Positions 27,559-38,049 of a stretch of DNA of 64,000 bases are shown here, in pieces. Source of the stretch: Alphaproteobacteria bacterium (lineage in GTDB: Bacteria > Pseudomonadota > Alphaproteobacteria > JACZXZ01); the NCBI GenBank assembly GCA_035294245.1, contig DATGLG010000067.1, forward strand, positions 173,726 through 237,725, given 5' to 3'. The position numbers and the translations under genes are program-made. Below the pieces are notes generated by a model that was not told where the DNA came from, did no database searches, and worked only from the letters and a program-made list of their open reading frames with translations. How positions within the stretch are numbered: the first letter of the stretch is position 1; each line of letters opens with the position of its first letter.

Positions 27559-28551
27559 ATGATTGCCTTCGTCCTGCGCCGCCTGCTGCAATCGATCTCG
27601 GTCATGCTCGTGGTAGCGCTGATCGCCTTCAGCCTGTTCCGCTATGTCGGCGACCCCATCAACAACATGGTCGGCCAGGACACCGGCGATCAGGACCGCG
27701 CGGCCCTGCGGCGCAGTCTCGGCCTCGACGATCCCGTCGTCGTGCAATTCGCGCGCTTCGTTGGCAATGCCGTGCGCGGCGAGTTCGGCGTCTCCTACCG
27801 GCAGGGCCGCAAGGTCTCGACTCTCATCGCCGAGCGCCTGCCCGCGACCATGGAGCTGAGCCTCGTCGCGGCGCTCTTCGCCCTACTCGTCGGCGTGCCG
27901 ATGGGCGTCTATACGGGGCTCAGGCGCGAGAGCTGGATCAGCAAATGTTTCCTCGCCTTTTCGCTCCTGGGCGTCTCCCTGCCGACCTTCCTCATCGGCA
28001 TTCTCCTCATTCTCCTCTTCTCGGTCTGGCTCGGCTGGCTGCCCGCCTTCGGGCGCGGCGAGGTCGTCCATCTCGGCTGGTGGACGACAGGGCTTCTGAC
28101 TGCGAGCGGGCTCAAGGCGCTGATCATGCCGGCAATCACCCTGGGCCTCTTCCAGATGACGCTGCTCGTGCGGCTTGTGCGCGCCGAGATGCTGGAGGTG
28201 CTCCGCACCGACTACATCAAGTTCGCGCGGGCGCGCGGACTCACCAATCGCGCGATCAATTTCGGCCATGCGCTCAAGAACACGCTCGTCCCGGTGATCA
28301 CCATCACCGGCATCCAGCTCGGCTCGATCATCGCCTTCTCGATCATCACCGAGCAGGTCTTTCAATGGCCCGGGATGGGGTTGCTCTTCATCCAGGCGGT
28401 GGCCTTCGTCGACATCCCGGTCATGGCCGCCTATCTCGTCCTGGTTGGCTTTCTTTTCGTGGTGATCAACCTCATCGTCGATCTCCTCTATTACACAGTC
28501 GATCCTCGGCTCCGCGCCGATCGCGCGATCGCGGGAGGGCACGGTGTCTGA
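27559..28551 (+). CDS. ABC transporter permease (DppB/OppB-like)
   Basis: 330-aa permease. Confidence 0.85.
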   Translation: MIAFVLRRLLQSISVMLVVALIAFSLFRYVGDPINNMVGQDTGDQDRAALRRSLGLDDPVVVQFARFVGNAVRGEFGVSYRQGRKVSTLIAERLPATMELSLVAALFALLVGVPMGVYTGLRRESWISKCFLAFSLLGVSLPTFLIGILLILLFSVWLGWLPAFGRGEVVHLGWWTTGLLTASGLKALIMPAITLGLFQMTLLVRLVRAEMLEVLRTDYIKFARARGLTNRAINFGHALKNTLVPVITITGIQLGSIIAFSIITEQVFQWPGMGLLFIQAVAFVDIPVMAAYLVLVGFLFVVINLIVDLLYYTVDPRLRADRAIAGGHGV

Positions 28552-29497
28552 GGCCGGCGCGCGAGGTGCGACGCGCTTCCGGCTGCGCGATGCCGTCGCG
28601 CGCGTGTGGGACAGCGACCTCTTCTATAGCTTTCGCCGCTCCAAGGTGACCGTCGCTGCCGCGGTCGTCACCCTCGTCATTTTCGTGAGCGCCGCCGCAG
28701 CTCCCCTGATCGCCCCCCACGATCCCTACGACCTCGCGACTGTCAGCCTGCTCGACGCCCGCAATCCGCCGGCCTGGATGGACGGCGGGAGCTGGGAATA
28801 TCCCCTCGGCACGGACAATCTCGGGCGCGACGTCTTCTCGACGATTCTCTACGGCTCGCGCCTCTCGCTTTTAGTCGGCTTCGCCTCGGTCATCTTCGCC
28901 ATGGTGCTGGGCGTCAGTCTCGGCCTCATCTCGGGCTATGCCGGCGGCGCCGTGGACGCGGTGATCATGCGCATCGCCGAGGTGCAGTTGAGCTTCCCGG
29001 CGATCCTGATCGCGCTCCTCGTCGACGGCATCATGCGCGGCATCGTGCCTCGCCAGTTCCAGGACCAGGTCGCCGAGTATGTCCTGATCCTCTCGATCGG
29101 GCTTTCCTATTGGGTGCATTTCGCGCGCACGGTGCGCGGCTCAACCATGGTCGAGCGCAGCAAGGAATACGTGCAGGCGGCGCGCGTCATCGGCCGTCGC
29201 CCTCTCGCGATCATGCTCCGTCACGTGCTGCCCAATGTCACGGGGCCGGTCCTCGTGATCGCCACGATCACGCTCGCGGTGGCGATCATCACCGAGGCCA
29301 CGCTATCCTTCCTTGGCGTCGGCGTGCCGCCGACCGAGCCCTCGCTCGGAACGCTCATCCGCGTCGGTAACGATTTCCTCTTTTCCGGGGAGTGGTGGAT
29401 TTCGATTTTCCCCGGCGTCGTGCTGGTGCTGCTGGTCCTCGCCGTCAACATGCTGGGCGATTGGCTGCGCGACGCCCTCAATCCCAAGCTCCGCTGA
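28544..29497 (+). CDS. ABC transporter permease (DppC/OppC-like)
   Basis: 317-aa permease; overlaps neighbours. Confidence 0.85.
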   Translation: MSEAGARGATRFRLRDAVARVWDSDLFYSFRRSKVTVAAAVVTLVIFVSAAAAPLIAPHDPYDLATVSLLDARNPPAWMDGGSWEYPLGTDNLGRDVFSTILYGSRLSLLVGFASVIFAMVLGVSLGLISGYAGGAVDAVIMRIAEVQLSFPAILIALLVDGIMRGIVPRQFQDQVAEYVLILSIGLSYWVHFARTVRGSTMVERSKEYVQAARVIGRRPLAIMLRHVLPNVTGPVLVIATITLAVAIITEATLSFLGVGVPPTEPSLGTLIRVGNDFLFSGEWWISIFPGVVLVLLVLAVNMLGDWLRDALNPKLR

Positions 29498-30501
29498 TGA
29501 CAAGCCTCAGCAATCAGCCGCCGCTCCTCGATGTCCGGAACCTCCGGGTTGAGTTCCCCACGCGGCGCGGCACGCTCGTAGCGGTCGACGACGTCTCCTT
29601 CTCGATAGCACCCGGCGAGGTCCTCGGCGTCGTCGGCGAGTCCGGCGCCGGAAAATCGATCACCGGCTCCGCAATCATCGGCCTCATCGAGCCGCCGGGC
29701 CGCATCGCCGGCGGGCGCATTCTCTTCGAGGGCGAGCGGATCGACAATCTGCCCTACGAGAAGATGCGCCGCGTGCGCGGCAAGCGCATCGGCACGATCT
29801 TTCAGGACCCGCTCACCAGCCTCAACCCGCTTTACACCGTCGGCCGACAGCTCGTCGAGACGATCTCCACCCATACGGATCTCGGCCCGCGCCAGGCCCG
29901 CGCCCGCGCCATCGAGCTCCTGGGCGAGGTGGGCATCCCCTCGCCGGCCCAGCGCATCGATCACTATCCCCATCAATTCTCGGGCGGCATGCGCCAGCGC
30001 GTGGTAATCGCGCTTGCGCTCTGCGTCAACCCGCGGCTCGTCATCGCCGACGAACCGACGACGGCCCTCGACGTCTCCATTCAGGCGCAGATCATCGCGC
30101 TCATCAAGAAACTCTGCCGCGAATATGGGACGGCGGTCATCCTCATCACCCACGACATGGGTGTGATCGCCGAGACGGCCGACCGCGTCGCCGTCATGTA
30201 TGCGGGCCGGCTCGTCGAGATCGGCCCGCTGCGCGAGGTGGTGAAACAGCCGCGCCATCCCTATACCGTGGGTCTCATGGGCGCCATCCCGTCCCTCCAC
30301 GGGACGGCCGATCAGCTCGTGCAAATCGACGGCAGCATGCCGCGGCTCAACGCGATTCCCTCCGGCTGCGCCTTCCATCCACGCTGCGCGCGACGCTTCG
30401 GGCGCTGCACCTCGGACCGCCCGGAGCTGATCGCCGATGGCGCGTCCCAGGCCGCCTGCTGGCTCTACGAGCCCGTGGCGCGGACCGGCAGCCATGGATA
30501 G
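29497..30501 (+). CDS. ABC transporter ATP-binding protein (DppD/OppD-like)
   Basis: MTSLSNQPPLLDVRNLRVEF; Walker A GESGAGKS; TGATG overlap with preceding gene. Confidence 0.85.
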   Translation: MTSLSNQPPLLDVRNLRVEFPTRRGTLVAVDDVSFSIAPGEVLGVVGESGAGKSITGSAIIGLIEPPGRIAGGRILFEGERIDNLPYEKMRRVRGKRIGTIFQDPLTSLNPLYTVGRQLVETISTHTDLGPRQARARAIELLGEVGIPSPAQRIDHYPHQFSGGMRQRVVIALALCVNPRLVIADEPTTALDVSIQAQIIALIKKLCREYGTAVILITHDMGVIAETADRVAVMYAGRLVEIGPLREVVKQPRHPYTVGLMGAIPSLHGTADQLVQIDGSMPRLNAIPSGCAFHPRCARRFGRCTSDRPELIADGASQAACWLYEPVARTGSHG

Positions 30502-31552
30502 GCGCCCGGGAAGCGAAGCGGCGGTCGAGCATCCCCTCGTGCGGGTGAGCGATCTCGCGCGCTATTTCGACGCCTCGGCACCGCTTCTCAATCGGCTCCT
30601 CGCGCGGACGGGCCGGCGTGTGCTTCGGGCCGTCGATGGGGTCTCCTTCGAGATTCCCCGTGGTCGGACGCTCGGGCTCGTCGGCGAGTCCGGTTGCGGG
30701 AAATCCACCGTCGCGCGGCTCGTCGTCGGTCTCTATCGCCCCACCCGCGGCACCATCGAGTTCGACGGGCAGGATCTGTCGCAGCACCGCTCCCGGCGCG
30801 AGGTCGAGCGCCTGCGGCGCCGGCTCCAGATGATCTTCCAGGACCCCTATGCCAGCCTCAATCCGCGCTGGCGGGTGCGCGACATCATCGCCGAGCCGAT
30901 CCGCGTGCATGGCCTCCTCCGCGATGGCGGCGCGATAACCCGGCGCGTCGACGAGCTCCTCGCGCAGGTCGGCCTCGCCGCCGCGGACGGCGAGAAATAT
31001 CCCCATGAGTTCTCGGGCGGCCAGCGTCAGCGCATCTCGATCGCGCGGGCGCTCGCGAGCGCTCCCGAGTTCCTCGTCTGCGACGAGCCGACCTCGGCTC
31101 TCGACGTCTCGGTGCAAGCTCAGATCCTCAACCTGATGAAGGACCTTCAGCGCCGGTTGGGCCTCACTTATCTCTTCATCTCGCACAATCTCGCGGTGGT
31201 TCGGCATATGGCCGATCAGGTGGGGGTCATGTATCTCGGCCGCCTCGTCGAGCTGGCGGATGCCAAGGCGCTCTTCAGCCGTCCCCGCCACCCCTATACG
31301 CGCCTTCTTCTCGAGACGGTGCCCGATCTCGATCTCGGCGGGCGCGTTCGCACGCCGGTCGGCGGCGAGGTGCCAAGCCCCATCGATCCGCCGCCGGGCT
31401 GCGGCTTCAATCCGCGCTGCCCCTTCGCCAATGAACGCTGCCGCCGCGAGCGCCCCCAGGCTCGCCTGGTCGAGGGTGGGCTCGTCGCCTGCCACGCCGT
31501 GGAGGAAGGTCGTCTTCCGGCGAGCGCTGCGCCGGCCGCTCAACTGGCTTGA
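30494..31552 (+). CDS. ABC transporter ATP-binding protein (DppF/OppF-like)
   Basis: [25 protein letters not shown]; Walker [10 protein letters not shown]. Confidence 0.85.
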   Translation: MDRRPGSEAAVEHPLVRVSDLARYFDASAPLLNRLLARTGRRVLRAVDGVSFEIPRGRTLGLVGESGCGKSTVARLVVGLYRPTRGTIEFDGQDLSQHRSRREVERLRRRLQMIFQDPYASLNPRWRVRDIIAEPIRVHGLLRDGGAITRRVDELLAQVGLAAADGEKYPHEFSGGQRQRISIARALASAPEFLVCDEPTSALDVSVQAQILNLMKDLQRRLGLTYLFISHNLAVVRHMADQVGVMYLGRLVELADAKALFSRPRHPYTRLLLETVPDLDLGGRVRTPVGGEVPSPIDPPPGCGFNPRCPFANERCRRERPQARLVEGGLVACHAVEEGRLPASAAPAAQLA

Positions 31553-31561
31553 TCCCGGATC

Positions 31562-32782
31562 TCAATCCTGCGCGCGAATGAAGTCGCGGATGCGCGGCAT
31601 GATCTCCTCGCGCCAGCGGCGGCCGTTGAACACGCCGTAATGCCCAACCCCCGGCTGGAGGTGATGGGCGCGCCGGCTGGCGTCCAGGCTGCTGCAGAGG
31701 ATATGGGCGGCGTAGGTCTGCCCCGGCGCGCAGATATCGTCCTCGGCGCCCTCCACGGTCATCAGTGCGGTCCGCGTGACGGCTCGCGGCTCGATCGGTC
31801 GCCCGCGTGAAGTCATGAGGCCGCGCGGCAGAAGATGCTGCTTGAAGACGGTGTCGACGGTCTGGAGATAGAACTCGGCCGTCATGTCGGTGACCGTCAG
31901 ATATTCGTCGTAGAAGCGCCGCGTCGCCGCGGCGTCGTCGCCATTGCCCTTGACCAGGTTACGGAACATCTCGGCATGGGCGCGGATATGCCGGTCGAGA
32001 TTCATGCCGACGAAATTGCCGATCTGGAGGAACCCCGGGAAGACGCGCCGCATGAACCCCGCATAGGGCATGGGCACCTGGGTAATCACCGTACGCTCGA
32101 GATAGGCGAGGGAGTGCTTCTCGGCGAATTCGTTCACCTTTGTCGGATTGGCGCGGGGATCAATCGGGCCGCCCATGAGGGTGATCGAGCGTGGTGCCAT
32201 AACGTCGCCCGCTGCCGCCATGATCGAGGTCGCCGCGAGCACGGGCACGGCCGGCTGGCACACGGCGATGACGTGCAGCGGCGAGCCGAGGAGATGCACG
32301 AACTCGATCATATGGTCGATGTAATCGTCGAGATCGAAACGCCCCTCCGCGAGGGAGATGTTCCGCGCGTTCAGCCAGTCGGTGACATAGAGGTCGTGAT
32401 CGGGAAGAAGGGCCGCCACCGTGCCGCGCAGCAGTGTCGCGAAGTGGCCCGACATCGGGGCGACCAGCAGCACGCGAGGAGCTGGCACCGGCTGCGCCTT
32501 CCTGAAATGAATGGCCCGGCAGAACGGCGTGGCATGGACGACGACTTCCTCGACCGCCACCGGCTCGCCGCTGATGACGACATGATCGATGCCGAAATCC
32601 GGCCGCTCATGGCGCAGCTTGGTCTCGGAGATCAGCTCGAAGGCGGCACCCAGGTAATCGAGAAACGGCAGGGCCGCGCTGATGGGCCAGGGCTGCTTCG
32701 CGAAAGGGCGCGCGGCATCGGCCAGCCGCCGCCACGGCTCGAGCAGCGCCTGCTGCGCAGCATAGGCCTGGTAGAGCAGCAT
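31562..32782 (-). CDS. phaZ: Intracellular poly(3-hydroxyalkanoate) depolymerase (PhaZ family)
   Basis: 406 aa; PHB-depolymerase C-terminal family resemblance. Confidence 0.75.
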   Translation of the reverse strand: MLLYQAYAAQQALLEPWRRLADAARPFAKQPWPISAALPFLDYLGAAFELISETKLRHERPDFGIDHVVISGEPVAVEEVVVHATPFCRAIHFRKAQPVPAPRVLLVAPMSGHFATLLRGTVAALLPDHDLYVTDWLNARNISLAEGRFDLDDYIDHMIEFVHLLGSPLHVIAVCQPAVPVLAATSIMAAAGDVMAPRSITLMGGPIDPRANPTKVNEFAEKHSLAYLERTVITQVPMPYAGFMRRVFPGFLQIGNFVGMNLDRHIRAHAEMFRNLVKGNGDDAAATRRFYDEYLTVTDMTAEFYLQTVDTVFKQHLLPRGLMTSRGRPIEPRAVTRTALMTVEGAEDDICAPGQTYAAHILCSSLDASRRAHHLQPGVGHYGVFNGRRWREEIMPRIRDFIRAQD

Positions 32783-32947
32783 CGAGTGGTCCGTCCTTTC
32801 TGGGTCGCGGGACGCGCGACACTAACATAAGGAGGCTACCCCGCATAGTTCTCGGGGCAAAAATCCGAGCACACCCCATATATAGAAATATTTCGTTGAC
32901 AATCGATTTCCGGAGCCCTGCGTCCTGGGCATGGGCGAGGTGCCGGA

Positions 32948-33673
32948 TCAGCGCAGCGGCGGGTTGCCTGCGTCGTCCGCGACAGCAAGCGCCTCCTTCA
33001 CGGTCTCGCCCTTGTTCCGAAGATGCGCCTTGAGAAGCGTAGCGAGGGTCTGGCCGTCGCGCGCGGCGAGTGCTGCAAGAATCTGCTCGTGCTCCTCGAC
33101 CGCTTGCGCCCAGCGTCGCTTCGACATATTGGCGAGATAGCGCGCCCGGCGGGCGCGTCCGGCCAAGTTGCGATAGACCGCGGCCAGCGTCGGGTTGCGC
33201 GCCGCCTCCAGAATGCGCTCGTGGATGCGCTGGTTGAGTGCGAAATAGGATGCGAGCTCGCCGCGCGTGTAGTGAAGCAGCATCTGGGCGTGGAGCACGC
33301 GAATCTCGGCGATCTCCTCCTCGGTGATGCGCGCCGCCGCGAGCTCGCCGGAGAGCGCTTCGAGGGCGCCCATCACCGAGAAGATCTCGTCGATCTCTTC
33401 GATCTTGAGGCGGGCGACGAGCGCGCCGCGGCTGGGGTTGAGCTCGACGAGCCCGTCCGCCGCGAGGACCTTGAGCGCCTCGCGCAAGGGGGTGCGGGAG
33501 ATCCCGAACCGCTCGCAGAGCAGGCGCTCGCGCAGTTTCTCTCCTGGCGCGAGCTCGCCCTCGATGATCATGTCTCGCAGCCGCGCCACCACCTCCTGGT
33601 GGAGCGAGCCGCGCCGGATGCGCATCACCACCGATGGGACCGGGGATTCGGACAAGGACACGTCATCGGACAT
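32948..33673 (-). CDS. GntR-family transcriptional regulator (FadR-type C-terminal domain)
   Basis: N-terminal wHTH ...LCERFGISRTPLREALKVLAADGLV. Confidence 0.8.
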   Translation of the reverse strand: MSDDVSLSESPVPSVVMRIRRGSLHQEVVARLRDMIIEGELAPGEKLRERLLCERFGISRTPLREALKVLAADGLVELNPSRGALVARLKIEEIDEIFSVMGALEALSGELAAARITEEEIAEIRVLHAQMLLHYTRGELASYFALNQRIHERILEAARNPTLAAVYRNLAGRARRARYLANMSKRRWAQAVEEHEQILAALAARDGQTLATLLKAHLRNKGETVKEALAVADDAGNPPLR

Positions 33674-36623
33674 CGCTTGCTCCTTCGCTCTCTCGGGCGA
33701 GCGCGCGCGCTAGCACGCGCGCGACATGCACGGCCTCGCGCCCGGCGCCATCCTTGATCTGATGCCGACAGCTCGTGCCGTCGGCGACGATGAGGGTGCC
33801 GGCATTCGCTTCCCGCACCGCTGGGAGCAGGGACAGTTCCGCCATCCTCATGGATACCCCGTAAGTCTCGGCGCCGTAGCCGAAAGCGCCCGCCATGCCG
33901 CAGCAGGAGGACGCGATGGTCTCGACGGTCAGGCCCGGCACCAGCTTCAGGACCCGCTCCACCGCGCCCATGGCGCCGAAGGCTTTCTGATGGCAATGGC
34001 CGTGGAGGAGCGCGCGCCTCTCGGGGAGGGCCTTGAGGGCCAGTGACAACTGGCCCGCCTGCTGCTCCTCGGCGAGGAACTCCTCGAAGAGGCGCGCGCG
34101 GCTGGCAAGCGCCGCCGCCTCCAGTCCCATCACCGGAAACTCGTCGCGGAGGGTAAGGAGGCAGGACGGCTCGAGGCCGAGGACCGGCGCGTCTTCGGGA
34201 TATTGCGCGAGAGCGGCAAGGAGGCGCCGCGCCTCGCGGCGTGCCTCGTCCACAAGCCCGGCGGCGAGAAAAGTACGGCCGCAGCAGAGCGGGCGGCCGC
34301 CCTCGGGCGCTTCGGCGACATGGACGCGATAGCCGGCGGCCTCGAGCACCGCGCGGGCGGCATGACCGTTCTCGGGCTCGAAATAGGTGGTGAAGGTATC
34401 GGCAAGGAGCACGATCTTTCGGCCGTTCCGATTGGCCGGTGCGGATGTCGGGCGAAAGATGTCGCGGCGCCAAGCGGGCAGGCTGCGCGCAGCGGCGAAG
34501 CCCAGCCAGCGCTCCGAGAGCTTGCGCAGCCCCGGCACCGCGTCGCGCAGATTGGTGAGCGGCGCGAAATGGGCCATGACGGGCGCATAGCGAGGCAGGT
34601 AGGCGACCAGCCGGTCGCGCAGGGAAAGTCCGTGGCGGCGGCCGTAATGGTGCAGGAACTCAATCTTCATCCGCGCCATGTCGACGCCGGTCGGACATTC
34701 GCGCCGGCAGCCCTTGCAGCCGACGCAAAGTCGCATCGTCTCCATCATGTCGTCGGCGACCAGGGCGTCGGGGCCGAGCTGGCCCGAAAGCGCCAGGCGC
34801 AGGGTATTGGCGCGGCCGCGGGTGAGATGCTGCTCGTCCTTGGTCACTCGGTAGGATGGGCACATCACATTGGCGTCGCGCTTGCGGCAGGCGCCGTTGT
34901 TATTGCACATCTCGACGGCACCGGCGAAACCGCCCCATTCCGACCAGTCGAGCGCCGTCTCGATGGGCGTGATGCGGTAGGACGGCTTGAAGCGGAAGAG
35001 GGCGCGGTCGTCCATCTTGGGGGCGCGCACGATCTTTCCCGGGTTGAGCAAGCCGCCGGGATCGAGGATGTCCTTGACGGCGGCGAAGTCCTCGACCATG
35101 CGGCTGCCGAACATCGCCGCGTGGAATTCCGAGCGCACGAGCCCGTCGCCATGCTCGCCCGAATGGGAGCCCTTGTATTCCCGCACGATGGCAAAGGCCT
35201 CTTCGGCGATGGCCCGCATCTTTCGCGCCCCCTCCGGATCCTTCATGTTGAGGATCGGACGCACATGAAGGCAGCCGACGGAGGCATGGGCGTACCAGGT
35301 GCCCGTCGTGCCGTGCTTGCGGAAGAGCGCGTCGAGCCGCGCGGTGTAGTCGGCGAGATCGGCGAGGTCGACGGCGCAGTCCTCGATGAAGGAGACCGGC
35401 TTTCCGTCGCCCTTCATCGACATCATGATGTTGAGCCCGGATTTGCGCACCTCCCAGATGTCGCGCTGGAAGGCAGGATCGACGGCTTCGATCACGGCGC
35501 CGGGGAAGCCGAGATCGCCCATCAAGGCGACGAGCGCCGCGAGGCGGCGGTTTTGCGGCTCCAGCTCCTCGCCGGCAAATTCCACAAGCAGCAGCGCCTC
35601 GGGCTCGCCCTGCACGAACCGCTCGATAGTGCGGCGGAAGAGCGGGATCGCCCGGGCAAGCTCGATCATGGTGCGGTCCACGAGCTCGACCGCATCGGGC
35701 CCCAGGGCCACGATGTGCCGTGTCGCGGCCATGGCCTGATAGAAACTCGGGAAATGGCAGACGCCGAGGACCTTGTGCTTGGGGATCGGGTGGAGCCGGA
35801 GCTCGATGCGGCGCGAGAAGGCGAGGGTTCCCTCAGAGCCGACGAGGAGATGCGCCAGATTGATCGGCGGCGCGTTGGCGCCGCGCGGGGTGAGCGCATC
35901 GATATTGTAGCCGCCAACGCGGCGCTGGAGCTTGGGGAAGCGCGCCTGAATCTCCTCGGCTTCGCGGCGGCCCAGGGCGAGCAGGGCCTCCACCATGCCC
36001 CGCTGCCGCGCCGTGAGCGCGTCATCGCCGCCGTTCGCGATCTCGGCGAAGCGCATCGCGCTGCCATCGGCCAGCGTCGCCTCGATGGCGCGGACATTGT
36101 CCCGCATGGTGCCGTAGCGGATCGATCTCGCGCCGCAGGAGTTGTTGCCGGCCATTCCGCCGATGGTGGCCCGGCTCGAGGTGGAGACGTCGACGGGGAA
36201 GAAGAGGCCGTGGGGCCGCAGAAAGGCGTTGAGCTGGTCGAGCACGATGCCGGGCTCGACGACGATGCGGCGACTCTCAGCATCGAATTCAAGGACGCGG
36301 TCGAGGTTGGGGCTGACATCGACGACGACGGCCTCACCGACCGTCTGGCCGCATTGGGAGGTGCCGCCGCCGCGCGGCAGGATAGGCACGCCCTCCGCGG
36401 CCGCGACCTCCACGACGCGGGCGATGTCGGCCTCGCTCTTCGGCGTGATCACGCCAATCGGCTCGATCTGGTAGATCGAGGCGTCGGTGGCGTAGCGGCC
36501 GCGGGTGAATGGATCGAAGCGAACCTCGCCTTCGATGGCAGCGCGGAAGCGGGCGGCGAGCGCGCTGTCGCCGATGCGCCCTCGCGCCTTAAGCCCCCTC
36601 GCTCCGCGCTCGTCCGGACTCAT
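33663..36623 (-). CDS. FAD-binding (PCMH-type) plus 4Fe-4S/CCG-domain fused oxidoreductase (YdiJ-like, D-2-hydroxyacid dehydrogenase type)
   Basis: 986 aa; N-terminal FAD-binding domain; central Cys clusters; C-terminal CCG-like cysteine motifs. Confidence 0.8.
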   Translation of the reverse strand: MSPDERGARGLKARGRIGDSALAARFRAAIEGEVRFDPFTRGRYATDASIYQIEPIGVITPKSEADIARVVEVAAAEGVPILPRGGGTSQCGQTVGEAVVVDVSPNLDRVLEFDAESRRIVVEPGIVLDQLNAFLRPHGLFFPVDVSTSSRATIGGMAGNNSCGARSIRYGTMRDNVRAIEATLADGSAMRFAEIANGGDDALTARQRGMVEALLALGRREAEEIQARFPKLQRRVGGYNIDALTPRGANAPPINLAHLLVGSEGTLAFSRRIELRLHPIPKHKVLGVCHFPSFYQAMAATRHIVALGPDAVELVDRTMIELARAIPLFRRTIERFVQGEPEALLLVEFAGEELEPQNRRLAALVALMGDLGFPGAVIEAVDPAFQRDIWEVRKSGLNIMMSMKGDGKPVSFIEDCAVDLADLADYTARLDALFRKHGTTGTWYAHASVGCLHVRPILNMKDPEGARKMRAIAEEAFAIVREYKGSHSGEHGDGLVRSEFHAAMFGSRMVEDFAAVKDILDPGGLLNPGKIVRAPKMDDRALFRFKPSYRITPIETALDWSEWGGFAGAVEMCNNNGACRKRDANVMCPSYRVTKDEQHLTRGRANTLRLALSGQLGPDALVADDMMETMRLCVGCKGCRRECPTGVDMARMKIEFLHHYGRRHGLSLRDRLVAYLPRYAPVMAHFAPLTNLRDAVPGLRKLSERWLGFAAARSLPAWRRDIFRPTSAPANRNGRKIVLLADTFTTYFEPENGHAARAVLEAAGYRVHVAEAPEGGRPLCCGRTFLAAGLVDEARREARRLLAALAQYPEDAPVLGLEPSCLLTLRDEFPVMGLEAAALASRARLFEEFLAEEQQAGQLSLALKALPERRALLHGHCHQKAFGAMGAVERVLKLVPGLTVETIASSCCGMAGAFGYGAETYGVSMRMAELSLLPAVREANAGTLIVADGTSCRHQIKDGAGREAVHVARVLARALARESEGASDVR

Positions 36624-36655
36624 GCGCCTCGTTCCTTAGGCGGATTACCGACAAG

Positions 36656-36765
36656 ATTGAATGCAATTCTCTGTCACCATAAAACGACTATATCTAATAT
36701 CATCAAAATAAAAGTCATTTCTCCGGACGCAATGAATTGACAGGGCAAAAATTGAATGCATAATT
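36656..36765. promoter_or_regulatory. AT-rich divergent control region with two palindromic sites
   Basis: Site 1 gaat-gca-attc within attgaatgcaattc (36656..36669); site 2 ttgaat-gcata-attcaa (36752..36768). Confidence 0.35.
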
Positions 36766-36800
36766 CAAATCATTGAGGTCAGGGATCGGGAGGGAGTGTC

Positions 36801-37997
36801 ATGTCCCATCGGAGCGGCCGCCATTTCCTCCAGATTCCCGGCCCCACCAACGTTCCCGATCGCATCCTGAGGGCCATCGACCGGCCGACCATCGATCATC
36901 GCGGGCCGGCCTTCCAGCGGCTCGGCGAGGAGGTTCTTTCCGGGCTCAAGTCGATCTTCAAGACGAAGGCGCCCGTTGTCATCTTCCCCGCCTCGGGCAC
37001 CGGCGCCTGGGAGGCGGCTCTCGTCAACACCCTCTCGCCCGGCGACAAGGTGCTCATGGCCGAGACGGGGCATTTCGCGACCTTGTGGTCCCGCATGGCC
37101 GCGCGCCTCGGGCTCCAGGTGGAGCTCATCCCGGGGGATTGGCGCCGCGGCGCCGATCCGGTCGAGGTCGAGCGCCGGCTCGCGGCCGATCGCGGACATG
37201 CGATCAAGGCCGTCTGCATCGTCCATAACGAGACCTCGACGGGGGTGACCTCGCGCATCGCCGAGCTGCGCAAGGCCATCGACCGCGCCCGGCATCCGGC
37301 CCTCTTCATGGTCGACACCATCTCCTCCCTCGCCTCCATCGATTATCGCCACGACGACTGGGGTGTCGACGTGACCGTGGCCGGCTCGCAGAAGGGCCTC
37401 ATGCTGCCGCCGGGCCTCTCCTTCAATGCGATCGGCGAGAAGGCGCGGGCCGCGAGCAGGACGGCGAAGCTGCCGCGCGCCTATTGGAGCTGGGAGGAGA
37501 TGCTGGCCTCGAACGCGACGGGCTTCTTCCCCTACACGCCGTCGACGAATCTCCTGTTCGGCCTGCGCGAGGCGATCGCGATGCTCCTCGAGGAGGGGCT
37601 CGACAATGTCTTCGCCCGGCACGATCGCCACGCCGAGGCGACGCGGCGGGCGGTGCGCGCCTGGGGCCTGGAAATTCTTTGCGCGGAGCCGCGGGAGTAT
37701 TCGAGCTCGCTGACGGCGGTGCTGATGCCGGCGGGCCATGATGCCGACGCCTTCCGGCGTGTGACGCTCGAGCGCTACGACCTCTCCCTCGGCAACGGCT
37801 TGGGCAAGTTGCAGGGGCGCGTCTTCCGCATCGGTCATCTGGGCGACTTCAACGATCTCATGCTGGCCGGCACGCTCTGCGGCGTCGAGATGGGGCTCGC
37901 CGCGGCAGGCGTGCCTATCAAGACCGGCGGGGTCGCGGCGGCCCTGGCTTATCTCGGCGGCAATTCCGGCGCGCACGCCGCGGCCCCCGCCGCGTAA
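36801..37997 (+). CDS. Class V aminotransferase, serine-glyoxylate/serine-pyruvate (AGXT) type
   Basis: 398 aa; SQKGLMLPPGLS PLP-lysine region typical of SgaA/AGXT. Confidence 0.8.
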   Translation: MSHRSGRHFLQIPGPTNVPDRILRAIDRPTIDHRGPAFQRLGEEVLSGLKSIFKTKAPVVIFPASGTGAWEAALVNTLSPGDKVLMAETGHFATLWSRMAARLGLQVELIPGDWRRGADPVEVERRLAADRGHAIKAVCIVHNETSTGVTSRIAELRKAIDRARHPALFMVDTISSLASIDYRHDDWGVDVTVAGSQKGLMLPPGLSFNAIGEKARAASRTAKLPRAYWSWEEMLASNATGFFPYTPSTNLLFGLREAIAMLLEEGLDNVFARHDRHAEATRRAVRAWGLEILCAEPREYSSSLTAVLMPAGHDADAFRRVTLERYDLSLGNGLGKLQGRVFRIGHLGDFNDLMLAGTLCGVEMGLAAAGVPIKTGGVAAALAYLGGNSGAHAAAPAA

Positions 37998-38049
37998 CCC
38001 GTGCCGCGCGGCAATCGCGGCAAACAATCAAAACGGGAGGACTTCGACC

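Noticed and set aside
34203-36740. 845-aa plus-strand ORF
   Set aside because: Antisense to the YdiJ-like FAD/Fe-S oxidoreductase gene.
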